A stretch of DNA of 64,000 bases from Eledone cirrhosa (lineage: Eukaryota), in NCBI GenBank assembly GCA_964016885.1, contig OZ024742.1:214768001-214832000 (forward strand), written 5' to 3'. The position numbers were made by a program, and so were the translations under genes. Shown here piece by piece: positions 15,336 to 27,299 of the stretch. Below the pieces are notes generated by a model. That model worked only from the letters and a program-made list of their open reading frames with translations, ran no database searches and was not told where the DNA came from. Every line of letters starts with the position of its first letter. Position 1 is the first letter of the stretch.

Positions 15336-15543
15336 TTATCTATATTATATACATTATAAAACTCCTGTTTTAAAACAATTGTTCCTCTCATTTTTTTCAA
15401 TAATGACATTTTGACGAATCAAACAAGAAAAAAAGAAAAACAGATCCATAAATATATCTTTCGTGCTATGTCCAATTCCACACACTCTCTCACTCTCTCT
15501 ATATATATATACATTTCTCTCTCTCTCTCTCACTCTCTCTATC

Positions 15544-15574
<31 letters not shown>

Positions 15575-16068
15575 CTTTATATATATGTATATATATATAA
15601 ACGTACGTTTTTTGTATATATTCTATACGGGTAAACACAGAGTGAAAAGAAACTGAAAATACTAGACATATCACAGCATAGGCACGGGACTAATTTAACG
15701 TTTGAGAATCTCGAAACTGTGCAACATGTTACTTAATTTGTTTGAAATTAAAATTTCTTAATTATTCCGCTTGTATTTTCAAGTCTTATTTATATATTTC
15801 AGTTTACTTTCACCATTCTTTCTCCCTTATTTTTAATCTTTTACGCAATTCAATTGACATCGATGTCATTCCGGCTTTTCCCTGCCACTCTCCCTTCTCT
15901 TTTCTCGCTGTATACTCGTCTCATAGTTTAGATTCTCTATCTTCATTTCTCTTCCACTCACCGTTCATTATGTGGTTATATCTTTACCCGAATTTTTACT
16001 ATACATATTCAGCGGTTTATAGCTACCATTCGCACTGAGTGCTACAATTACAACAAAAGTCACACACT

Positions 16069-16141
<73 letters not shown>

Positions 16142-16618
16142 GTATGTGTGTGTATGTGTCTGTTTGTGTGTGTATGCGTGTATGTGTATGTGTGTATGTG
16201 TGTGTGAGTGCGTGTGTGTGTGTGGGGAGGGGGTCTGTGTGTGTGCGTATATGTTGGAAAAGTGGATATGTTTTAGAAACTGCTGCAATGCAGACAGGGC
16301 TTGTTAATATGGAGATAATAAACTTGGTTGAGAACGGAGAGATGTGAGAGCAATTTCAAAGAACGGGAAGCAGATATAGAAAATAGAAAAATCAGATATT
16401 ACGTCACTTTGGTAATGTTTATCAATCCCCAAATACTTCGGATAGAGTATCCATTTTCAATGAATCTATAGGGAACCTCAATGAGTAACAGAGATGTCAT
16501 AGACCTCCGTGTTGTTCGTGTTGAAGTTATATATAGGTTCCACACGCACGGGAAACAAACGCACTGGATACAATTGGGTTTATTTTGGTTACAGTGGTTC
16601 GGTATTATCTGTGTTGTT

Positions 16619-17887
16619 TAATTTTGATTTCTGATTTTTGATTTTTAATTTTTAGTTTTAATGTCCAACTCTCATTCATAACTTCCACTGTGAAACCATA
16701 ATACCTAGAATTAAGTATATTTTCTCTTAGAGGTTGATGGTCAATTCTACTGTCCATGCTTAATGTAGGGTAGTATTGAGACCTATTGATACTCATACTC
16801 TCCCAACCCCACTAGCTTTCGGCTGACCGCCACTGACGGGGTGGCTAGCAGTAGGCTATATATGACAGGCCTGGATAGGTAATTGTTTGGTTGAGAGAGG
16901 GAACTGCCTAGGCGAATTTCGTTGAACTCTGCGGTAGCTGATGGTCAACTTCCTTCGAACCTGCGCCAGCTACACCCGGAAATTCCCTCTACCATGGGGA
17001 TGGAAATCCCTGGTATTGGACGGATATAATATTATAAACTAACTTTCGGCAGGATAAATACGCGGAAACAAAATAAACAATAAACCCCTATTTTCCTGCA
17101 GCAAATTGCATTCGAACAGAAGCCCCTCAATTCAATCTATATATGGACAAATTGACAATCATATTCATCATGTATCTCCTATCTCATTTTGCATATATGT
17201 ACTGTATGTATCTTTTGTATTTATTGGATATTTTTTGTGGGTTTTTTTTGTGTGTTTTATATGTGTGATGTTTTTTTTTGGTTTTGTTCCATGTGATGGA
17301 AATTCTAACTATGTACCCACCTAACTACTACCTTTCATACTGTAATTTACCCTCCGTTCTACTGTACGGTACTATCGTTCAGTATGTAGATAATATATCT
17401 GTAATATTGATGCGCTTTTCAAAACTTCTTACTTAAACATCTCCCTACGTATTAGTTAGTATGGGTGCACACTTTTTTTTTTACTCACTTCAATCTAGAT
17501 TCTCACTTGTACATTTTTTTAATTTTTAATTTTAATTTTAATTTTGATTTCTGATTTTTGATTTTTAATTTTTAGTTTTAATTTCTAGCTCTCATTCATA
17601 ATTTCCACTTTGAAACCATAATACATAGAATTAAGTATATTTTCTCTTAGAGGTTGATGCTCAATTCTACTGTCCATGCTTAATGTGGGGTAGTATTGAG
17701 ACCTATTGATACTCATACTCTCCCAACCCCACTAGCATTCGGCTGACTGCCACTGACGCGGTGGCTAGCAGTAAGCTACATATAACAGGCCTGAATAGCT
17801 CATTGTTTTGTTGAGAAGGGGAACTGCCTAGGCGAATTTCGTTGAACTCTGCGGTAGCTGATGGTCAACTTCCTTCGGACCTGCGCC
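16619..17887. repeat. Direct duplication of about 345 bp (16619-16967 and 17538-17887)
   Basis: Near-identical blocks from AATTTTGATTTCTGATTTTTG to CTTCCTTCG(A/G)ACCTGCGCC. Confidence 0.9.
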
Positions 17888-18005
17888 TGGGGGTGAATTG
17901 ATGCTCACAAGGGAACGGACGAAGAACCCAAGAGCACACATTTCGTCCCTTCCCATGTTAATTCAAATTGGATTGCCTCGGAAACATAACCTTATTATGT
18001 AACAA

Positions 18006-18078
18006 GCTGTCTGACGATGTCGTGGCACTGGCGCACGGAACAGTGTGGCCACTGCCGCCATTGAAATTGTATCAGAGC
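18006..18078 (+). ncRNA. Type I hammerhead ribozyme with long stem II
   Basis: GCTGT|CTGACGA|long GC-rich imperfect stem|GAAA TTGTA TC|AGAGC; a ~55-nt tail then runs into (TA)n. Confidence 0.6.
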
Positions 18079-18127
18079 ATTATTATTAAAGGACTTGAAC
18101 ATCTGAAACTACTTCGCTTTTCCTTAT

Positions 18128-18172
<45 letters not shown>

Positions 18173-18785
18173 TTGCGTGTGATGTGATTAATATATAATG
18201 TGACTGTCGATTCACTGTCAATTCAACAAATTATTAATAGTTTTAAGTTTTCATGAAGCAGACTTGGTGGTTCTACAGCCATTTCTTCTAAGGCCTGAAA
18301 TACATTTGGCGAACTGATTTGAGAAAATACTAAAGAAAGTATAATCGGAAGGTGACCAGAGCCGATGTGAGATTCTTTTTAATTAAAAAACCCCGAAAGA
18401 GCTATTAATTTCAAACTGAGATTATTCGGGAAAGGTTTATGTTTACAATAAAGTAAACCATTATATTACAATTATCAATAATTTGCTTGAGAGAAATAAG
18501 AATATATTTCAATTCTGCAATGTGAACTTTGAACTTTGAGCGATTGTAATACGTGCGAAATAAGGAGCGTATATAATAGCTCCCTTTATTGACGCTCCCC
18601 AGTAATTTGAAGGTTAAATCTTAAATATGGAATTGTTAATTCAGAATATATTCGACTGAAAAATAATTTTTGCTTTACCGCATTGGGATATTCTTGTATA
18701 ATATATGCGAACGTACTGGCACAAGACTCAAACAGCTACACGAATTTACAAATGCACACACACAGAAAACACACACACACACACG

Positions 18786-18876
<91 letters not shown>

Positions 18877-20137
18877 TTCAATATTGAAATTAATATTGAC
18901 TTTTAATTTCTAAATATTTCCCTTGAGATATTTATACTTTCTTGTGAAGATTTCTTTGTTACGGTTTAGGCAATTTTGACATTTCCTTTCGTTTTCTAAT
19001 TTATATTTCAGAATATCTCCCGTGTAAATCTAATTTATATCATTTATAACCTCTTCTCACATAAAATACACGTGATTATTAATATTCTCGTGACTAACTG
19101 AAAGAAATTTGACTGTATTATAACAGTGTGCAGTGTAAAGAGAACTGTACTGATAAATATTAAAGGAACGGCATTTAACATTCTCAAATATATTTGACGA
19201 TGTAAACTATTATGGAAACAATTTTGCGCATGTCATTTTCATTCACATAGTTTCAGAAATATTGCGACACCATAAACAAGAATGAAATTTTATTAGGGAA
19301 TCGATTCATTGTAAATGATTTTAAAAAGACAGAAAATATCTTAACCACACATGTTGAATAGAAATAATAATTTAAGGCAAACTGAAGCACAGTCACATTG
19401 TGATTACGAGGTTCATTTCAGTATCATCGAATACGATTTGAACACACTTTCAACCCCCCGCCCCCCCAAAAAATACCTTTTGATAATTGCAGCTGGAAGC
19501 ACCAATTTCTGCATAAAATTTGGGCATGTGAAATATTTCGGTTGTGGTTTGTACTTATAAATATTAAATGGGATAGGTTTAGCAAAGAATACACAAGGAA
19601 ATAAATGGGAACAAGATCCTTGAGAAACCAACTCACCACACATATCAATGCATTATTCTGTGCTGTATTACAAACATAATGTAATTTTCTTAAAATAGCC
19701 TTGAGTGACGCATAGAAATCTTCGCTTTTCTTCTGGTTAAAAAGATTTTAGAAATGTTTTTTTGGGGAATTTATAATCAGTTTCAAACTATCTTTCAGAA
19801 ACATACACAGTTTCGAGCAACTGGTACTGTTCTGTGTCGGAAAAGAAATACAGAGACGTTTGTTGGTTACAATAGGCTTTTATAATATGGGGAATATGAA
19901 TCTGATATTTGAAAGCTTTCCTTTCGTTAAAGAATTTCAGGAGAAAAGGGAGATTTAAAACTGTTCTAATTAACCCAACCATTGGGTTGATTTTAACCTC
20001 ATATTAATCAATGTAATTTTCAAATTCTTGTATTTTAATGTATTTATTCATTTAAAAAAGAGCAGCTTAAGGGGAATAGTTAATTTTTTCCTGTTTGCAC
20101 ATATTTAAAAGTAGTAGAATATCTTTATATTGTTCTA

Positions 20138-20211
<74 letters not shown>

Positions 20212-20274
20212 TAGAATAATATATGATATAAAGATATTCTACTACTTTTAAATTATTTTATATACATATCAAGT

Positions 20275-20600
20275 CCATAGCTATCTGCCAGCCCAGAGAT
20301 CTTCAATGATAAAGCAGAATACTACAATACATAATTAGCTAAGGTGGCCGATGGCCAAATTATTAATTATAACCTCGGTGGTTTCGATAGTGGTGCCCTC
20401 GGAAAGCATTTGAAAACTACTCTCGGGGATAGAAAAAAGCAATTAAATAGAGGGAGGCCCGAGGCCACCGTACAAAAAGCCTCAGGACCTAGAACTGTCT
20501 TAGTATTAGGATCAGGCAGGATTACGCTTGTGGGAACTGCATATTCACCGAAGCATGCCAATAAACACAATGCATGACGTGAGTAATGTCGCTTCAAACC
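20275..20600 (+). mobile_element. Decayed Penelope-like (Naiad-like) ORF fragment
   Basis: LSASPEIFNDKAEYYNT*LAKVADGQIINY resembles the LSSxxEIFxxxxxxYxxALxxxGY block downstream of PLE RT cores. The right boundary is uncertain. Confidence 0.4.
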
Positions 20601-20915
20601 ACATTCTTCCGTACGTCCTCGAACATAGGGAACGAATTATTCTAGACAGACAAATGCTCCAGCTTAGAGACATTGGAGCTGGCAAGTATCACCTTACTGA
20701 TGGGGACCGGTCAACATATAGAAATGTCACTACGTAGCGAGCAATAGCCGTTCTCGAGATGGGAGGCCCCCTCCATAATTCCCCAATGGCCTGATGTGAC
20801 CTCAACCCAACCATCTAGCAGCAACCAAACCATAGGTACCATAAGAGTTTTAGTAGGCACACGGTGAAGCTCTTGCAATCTACCACATTCAGTGAGGCCC
20901 GGTACATAGCTAGCA

Positions 20916-21096
20916 ATTGGCAGTATCGGTAGAGGGTCGGTCACCATGCTTTGACGCATAGAGTTACGGTCCTTGCCATTCTGAGTTCAAATCCCGCCGA
21001 GGTTAACATTGCCTTTCATCCTTACGGGGTGGATAAAATAAAGTACCAGTAATGTACTGGGTAATTGCTGGCCTTGTGCCAATAGTAGAAACAATT
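20916..21096 (+). mobile_element. tRNA-derived SINE (cephalopod-type), short subfamily
   Basis: TGGCAGTATCGGTAGAG (box A), GAGTTCAAATCCC (box B), GCCTTTCATCCTTACGGGG...AAATAAAGTACCAGT...GGCCTTGTGCC. Confidence 0.9.
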
Positions 21097-21129
21097 AATA
21101 ATAGACAGGTGCTGACTGTTTCCGGAGGG

Positions 21130-22751
21130 TTCAAATATATTCCTGGGATAACAATCGGCCCAGGATTTCCCTTGAAAACCTCAACCTATTCTAGCATGTT
21201 GACAATTGAATCGGGTAAAATGTTCATTTAAAACCTTTATGTTTCTTTTGTGTTTACTTATATATTTATATATGTGTGGGTAGCCTGAATTTTGGAGGTG
21301 TTGTGTAGCTTTTTCTGCAATGTTGGTTTTGTGCTGTATGTAGTCAATTAATGTTCTGTTCGTGTTTATTGCCTGGTAATGCGTGACAGTTGTATAGTTT
21401 TGTTGTGTTTGCGGATGTGGGATTGTTTTTATTTGGGTTGTTGTTGGTGTTTGTTGTAGTGATGATGGAGGTGGTGATGGGGTTGATGATGATGATGCTA
21501 ATGGTGGGTGGTGGGTGATATTTTGCTTTTTACTTTAGAGTGCGAAAAAGGGTGCATCTTATTTTGTTTTCTGCGGGCTGGTGGTTTGCCACCACTTAGC
21601 GTAATCAATCTCAGTGTTTGACTGCGATGTCGGAGACGGGTACAATTTCCACCGGTGTTGATGCTGTTGTTGGTGGTGGAGGTGGCGATTTTCTTATTGG
21701 TATTGCTGGTGCCGGTGTTTTGTATCTACTGTGGCTGCAGTTGATTGAGTTATTCCCATCATGGAACTCGGCGTATGGAGGAGATGGGTCTTCCTTCCCG
21801 GAATGCTTTGTTTTGGGCAGAAAACCTTTAGGTGTGTGTTGTTCCCACAGAGTGACAACTTGGCTTTATACCCTCAACCGACACGGGTTGGTGCGTTCCG
21901 CCGTCGATGTCTATCCCATCGGGGTTGGCTTCTATTTCCTCCTGGATCATTTGGTTTAGTAGTTCCAACCCCAATCATAACCAGTTTTATTTTGTTTTAT
22001 TTTGATCGTGTCCAAGATTGTTGTTGTCTTCTCATTGTTGGCAACGACAGCATCCATCATCCAAGATGGCGGCATTTGGAATACTTGATCCCTACCCCAT
22101 GTTTGGCCACAGCAAGGTGGCATCACAGCAATATTTTGTCTGTGGAGTAGTGTGATGGAGTGTGCCTCGGCATCTTGACGTTTGGCGAAAGAACATCCAA
22201 AGCGCCTTATTTTGTTCGCCCGGCTATATTTCATGTGACCAAACGGTACCCATAATCTTTTGGACATGCGACTCGCTCATCTGTTCCACTCAGCGGGATT
22301 TTGTTCCATTTGTGTGGTATGAGACTGAACAAAGACGGCTGTTTTCCATGATGGCAGATGGAGGAGTGAGGCTCAACTATGTCCGCTCTTCTTCACCAAC
22401 CACTTGCTCTCTGTCATTTCTTGCTCGCTGACTTATACTCTTTCTACTTCTTTAGCCACCTTCACGAAGGTTACGGTCGCTTTGATGGCTCCTGCCTGCT
22501 TTGCCGTCTCATCATTTCTGCTGCTGCTGTTGATTTTATTATTGTTCCTGTTGTTGTATCGTTGTTGTATCGTAACTGATGTTGCGTATGGTGTTGATAT
22601 TTTTCATATGAATGTTTTCTTTATGTTTTTGTAGTTGTGGTGGTGGAATTAATACTAGTGGTGTTTGTGCTGCTGTTGTTACTGTTGTTTTTGCTGTTTG
22701 TGCCCCGTCACTGTAACCTTGTTAAGTGTTGATGGCGACGACGCACGTACT
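21130..22751 (-). mobile_element. 5' portion (ORF1 remnant) of a Tx1/L1-clade LINE
   Basis: The minus-strand ORF at 21956-22267 resembles ORF1 of the 38688-44075 element. A frameshifted zinc knuckle C..CGNNTHLKVFC lies near 21815-21857. Same GT-rich plus-strand bias. Confidence 0.6.
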
Positions 22752-22789
22752 TGTTTTTAAGGAAAGACAGAATAAAAGATGAAGATGTT

Positions 22790-23325
22790 GATGCCATAAT
22801 AATCAATAATAATTGATTTTATGACTTGATGTATCGCTGTGGGGTAGAAGTTAAAGAAACATTTATTTCAAAGTGATACACATGTTTTAAAGAAACGTTG
22901 TTTTGATAGTGAAATGTAGCGTTATTTAGTGTCACTTTGAAAACATTGAAGTTAATGACCAAGTGTTATTTCATAACTGGATGTATCATTGTGGAAAAGA
23001 AGCTAAAGAAACATTTATTTCAAAGTGATACAAATGCTTTAAAGAAATGAAACTTTGATATTAATGAACCCGCGTTATTTCATAAATGGATATATCGTTA
23101 TTGAGAAGAAGATGAAGAAACATTTACTTCAACGTGATACAAATGTTTTAAAGAAACGTTATTTTGATAGTGGATTGTAGCGTTAGTTAGAGTCACTTTG
23201 AAAATATTGAAGTTAATGAATAAACGTTATTTAATAAATCGATACGTCGTTGTTGAGAAGAAGTTAGTGAAACATTTATTTCAAAGTCATACAAGTGTTT
23301 TAAGGAAACGTTATTTCGATAGTGA
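22790..23325. repeat. Diverged tandem repeat, four copies of a ~110-150-bp unit
   Basis: GAAACATTTATTTCAAAGTGATACA...TTTAAAGAAACGTT...TTGATAGTG recurs near 22856, 23008, 23117 and 23269. Confidence 0.8.
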
Positions 23326-23349
23326 TACATGATCGAGTCGTCAGCAACT

Positions 23350-25395
23350 AAACCGACAACCCCACTAATATTGCTTTGTGAGGAGCGATATAAAATAAAA
23401 CCCGTCAAAGGGAGAAGGAACTCAGGAGAGACAACGGCCATCCAAAAGTACCTAATCTTTCCAGCTGCCGGATATAAAATGGATTTGTGACCAGTGCAGT
23501 ACAGCTCCCTTCTATTATAACGTTTGAGGGCACCTTAAAGTCGTTTACTTCATCACCTACAGATGGTGTCTCAACAGAAAAATGAAACACCTTAAAAATC
23601 ACTAATTGAGGTTAGTGAAATGAATCAAAACGTGTTCACATTAAGACGTGAATAGTGCTGGAGCTTCTAGTGAAGGTGCTTCCACCGGTAGATGTTCTGT
23701 GGTCGAGCGGTGAAAGCCTGGACCGTCATCCTGCTGACACTGCTAGAATGGAGTAAGGAGGCAAACAAGGCTGTTATGTAGTGTTATTTTAGTAGCAAGC
23801 CTGTGAATGAAAATTGTGTGCCGATTGGAGGATATACACAACGGATATTATGAGTAAGGCAACAGATAGGACTCTTTGAATCAACTGAACTGTGGTTTAG
23901 GGAACAGGCACGGGCAATACGCAAACATGAATGGCTAAATAAAATTAAGACTGAAATGATAAAGGAAAAATATAAGCCAGGATGTGGAGCATATAGAAGC
24001 TCAGGATGTGGAGATTCAAATAGAGATGAAAGTATGGGAAAAGATGGAATCCAACTGGAAGAGGTGGAACTGGATATTTGAGATCATGCGGAAGGTGACA
24101 TTAACATCAATGAACTGAAGGAGATATCAGAAAACGACAGCTGATTCCTGATATATTGGAGATCTCTAAATCAGGAGGCAGTAAACTCCCAAAAATAAAA
24201 AAAAGCAAACCAACATCTAATAAAATAAATAACTAACAAAGTTAGTAACATACCTGACGAGGTGCCGACTAGAACCATCACAGAAAATAAAAATCACATC
24301 AGCACTGCAGATCATGGAACCATGACCCAAAAGAAGATTTGGAAGGGACATTAAGATGATTAAGAAAGATATTCTGGAAAGGAAAAAATGAGATAAGCTA
24401 AGATAAAATGGAAAGATTGAACACATCTATCAACCCAGACGAAGCTGTTACCTACGGAGCTGCCGTACACGCTGCAGTTCTCTCTGGAGACGTGAGTGAT
24501 TCCATCAAAGACGTAGTACTTGTAGATGTAGCGCCTTTGTCGCTTGGAATAGAAACGGCTGTAGGTGTGATGACTAAACTTATCGAGCATAAGAGCAGAA
24601 TCCTGTGTAAAGCATCCAATGTATTCACTACCTATTCAGATAAACAGCCGGGTGTGTCTATTCAGGAATTCGAAGGAGAAAGGGCAATGACAAAAGACAA
24701 CAACTGCCTCGGACGTTTCGAATTGAGTGGCATTCCACCAGCTCCTAGAGGTGTACCTAAAATAGCTGTATCTTTTGATATGGATGTCAATGGAATACTT
24801 AACGTTTCTGCTGTTGACAAAAGCACCGGCAAAAGCCAGAACATTACCATCACCAACGACAAAGGTCGTTTGAGCAAAGAGGAAATCGAAAGAATGATCA
24901 ATGAAGCTAAACAATACGAGGCAGAAGACGAAAAACCACGACAACGTATTGCAGCTAAGAATCAGTTGGAATCAGTTGGAACAATACTTAAGGAGAAGTA
25001 CAGTATCAAGAGAAAGAACATTACTACGGTAATTGGGGATCTGAAACAAAAAGGCAAAACCTGCGACGATTAAGAGGTATGAAAAACACAGTATAAATGG
25101 ACGTTTCATACAAAACCAGGTATGGTGATGTAATTCCTGGTGCGGATGAAAATATGAAGTTTTGGAGTGATATCTGGAGTGTAGGGAAATAACAGAATAG
25201 AAGTGTGGAGTTGCTGACTAGCATAAAAAAAGACATTGGTGATAAATAACTGATATGGTAACTATCCAATGTAGACAGATACGAAATTGGAAAGTTCCCG
25301 CTAGAGACCCTGTGCAAGGGTTTTGCTTGAGAAAGTTGAAGGCTCTTCATTGGAGAATTGTTAAGCAACTGAATAATTTCTTGAATGGAGTAGAA
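23350..25395 (+). mobile_element. Decayed, 3'-truncated R4/Dong-clade non-LTR retrotransposon
   Basis: Colinear peptide remnants: WSKEANKAVM.CYFSSKP...EQARAIRKHEWL; EP..KRR..RDIKMIKKD; [18 protein letters not shown]; [15 protein letters not shown]; [29 protein letters not shown]. Confidence 0.75.
24408..24970 (+). pseudogene. HSP70: HSP70 fragment (linker plus substrate-binding domain, cytosolic inducible type) inserted in the R4/Dong element
   Basis: [14 protein letters not shown]...[12 protein letters not shown]...FTTYSD...[28 protein letters not shown]...[18 protein letters not shown]. It lacks nearly all of the ATPase domain and the EEVD end, and carries substitutions at conserved sites. 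Confidence 0.93.
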
Positions 25396-25453
25396 ATGTT
25401 AATGTGCCGTCTATGTGTCAGAAGGTTTTTCACTGAAGTGATATTAGTATTAT

Positions 25454-25620
25454 ATGTACTTAAAAAAAAACAATGACAGCAAACAATTATTTCCATAAGC
25501 ACACTATATGTAGACCAATTATATTCTGTGTTCTATCACTGTTTAGCAGGTGTGATTGTGGAAATAATATAGTGTGCTTATGGAAATAATTGTTTGCTGT
25601 CCTTGTTTTTTTAAGCACAT
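25454..25620. repeat. Inverted repeat, ~55-bp arms with ~57-bp spacer
   Basis: GACAGCAAACAATTATTTCCATAAGCACACTATAT ... ATATAGTGTGCTTATGGAAATAATTGTTTGCTGTC. Confidence 0.9.
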
Positions 25621-27299
25621 TTATATATCCATATGCAAATATTAATTTGTTAAAGTATATATTTGTGCGCGTTTGAGTGAGTTCTTGTACACGTTTATGT
25701 GTGTGGTTATATGTCTATATTTATGAACATGCATTTGTGTGTGTTTGTGAGTGTGTGTTTGTTTATGTGTGGGTGTGCACGCATGGGTGTCTATGTGTGC
25801 AGAATTGTTAATAATATTCATCACAAATACATATTCCTACATCTGCTGATTATGAAGTATTTCTCTGTTCTGCAAAATAGAGAAGAAAAATGGTGAATCT
25901 ACAATAGTTTCAGAAATCAGTCAATAGCACTTAGCCTTCACTAATATCTGATATCTGTGGACTATAAAAAACTGCGGCAAGTTAAATTTAAAAAAAAGAA
26001 AGACGACTGCAGCTGTTATGAACTGATAGGGATATATTCCAATATTTTAATGCTGTCCAATATATAAGAAATGCATAAAATGCATTTTCCAATGAACGTA
26101 GTGTTGCGTAAATGTAGCTTTCATATCGATTACAACATAACACTGGCATCCTGATTTAATATTACAGTCCCTACCATGCCTAATGAAATATCCTCTAGGA
26201 TCTCGAAATAATTCGGAGACTAACTACTTTGAAACAAACAATACATGAGCAAAACTCAATTTTAATTCTATATTAGGTTACTTAAAAAAAATGATGACCA
26301 TGAGGATGTGGGTAATGAGGTGAAAGAGTAATGAATTTAGTAGATATAATGTGCGTTATGATGGTACTGTTGATGATGGTGGTGTCTATGTTAGTGGTGA
26401 TGGTAGATATGGCAATGTTGTAGGTGGTGTGGTTAGTCTTGGTAGAAATGATTGAGATATAATGTTGAAGAGGGTAAAGCTAACAACGAATGAGCTTTCA
26501 CGTGATCGTTTGTCAAGTAAGAAACAGCTAAAACTCATCAGATTTCATTGTAATGCACAATGAATAATGAAGTCATAGGCACACACACAGCGAAATGATG
26601 TCTACAGCTGGAACGAAAAGACTTTGATCTTATAAATTTCCAATTAGGATTGCCCTTCGAGTAAATAACATCGAAAGCAACATGTTCTAGATTTCAATCC
26701 CTATGTAGAAGTCAGAAGAAATACTCTCTGCTTTATTTGCATTTCTATTAATTTCTCTGGAAACCTGAAAATAACTGAAGAGCACAATGTGAAGAAGCAG
26801 GTCTTCCTGAAGTTCTTCAGCCTTGGTGGGTTTTGTTTAGACCTGCCTTGCCATAGCCATTTCGGAGCCAAGCTATTTTATTAAATATTTTTATAAACGG
26901 TTATAGTGTATATAACCATTTAACGTATGGAATAACTTATTATATACAAGACTACGGAAACGTTCGAATAATTTTCATAGAAGTTACGTGACTTTAAATC
27001 CACTGAATATTTTGTATACAGGTTATATTTTCTGAAATCGTTCTTGTACCAAAAATCCAAATTTAAAATATTTTCAGAAACCATCATGTAATGCGTTTTG
27101 ATATATGCCTTAGGAATATATTTCAAGCTTAACCTTTTGTGGATGTTAAATTTACTTAATAGTGAGAACGTGAAAGTAAACGGATGATAACACAATTACA
27201 TTATTTTCTCAACGTTTCCACGTTTCTTAGTAATTAACCATATTTTGTGTTTCCTTCCTTATGCTAAGAAAAATAATGGTTCGATCATTCTATTAATAG

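Noticed and set aside
20916-21000. Box A/box B motifs as tRNA genes
   Set aside because: They are SINE heads and no cloverleaf forms.
24408-25073. Functional HSP70 gene or exon
   Set aside because: The ATPase domain and C-terminus are missing, no splice sites were recognised at the boundaries, conserved residues are altered, and it is embedded in a LINE.
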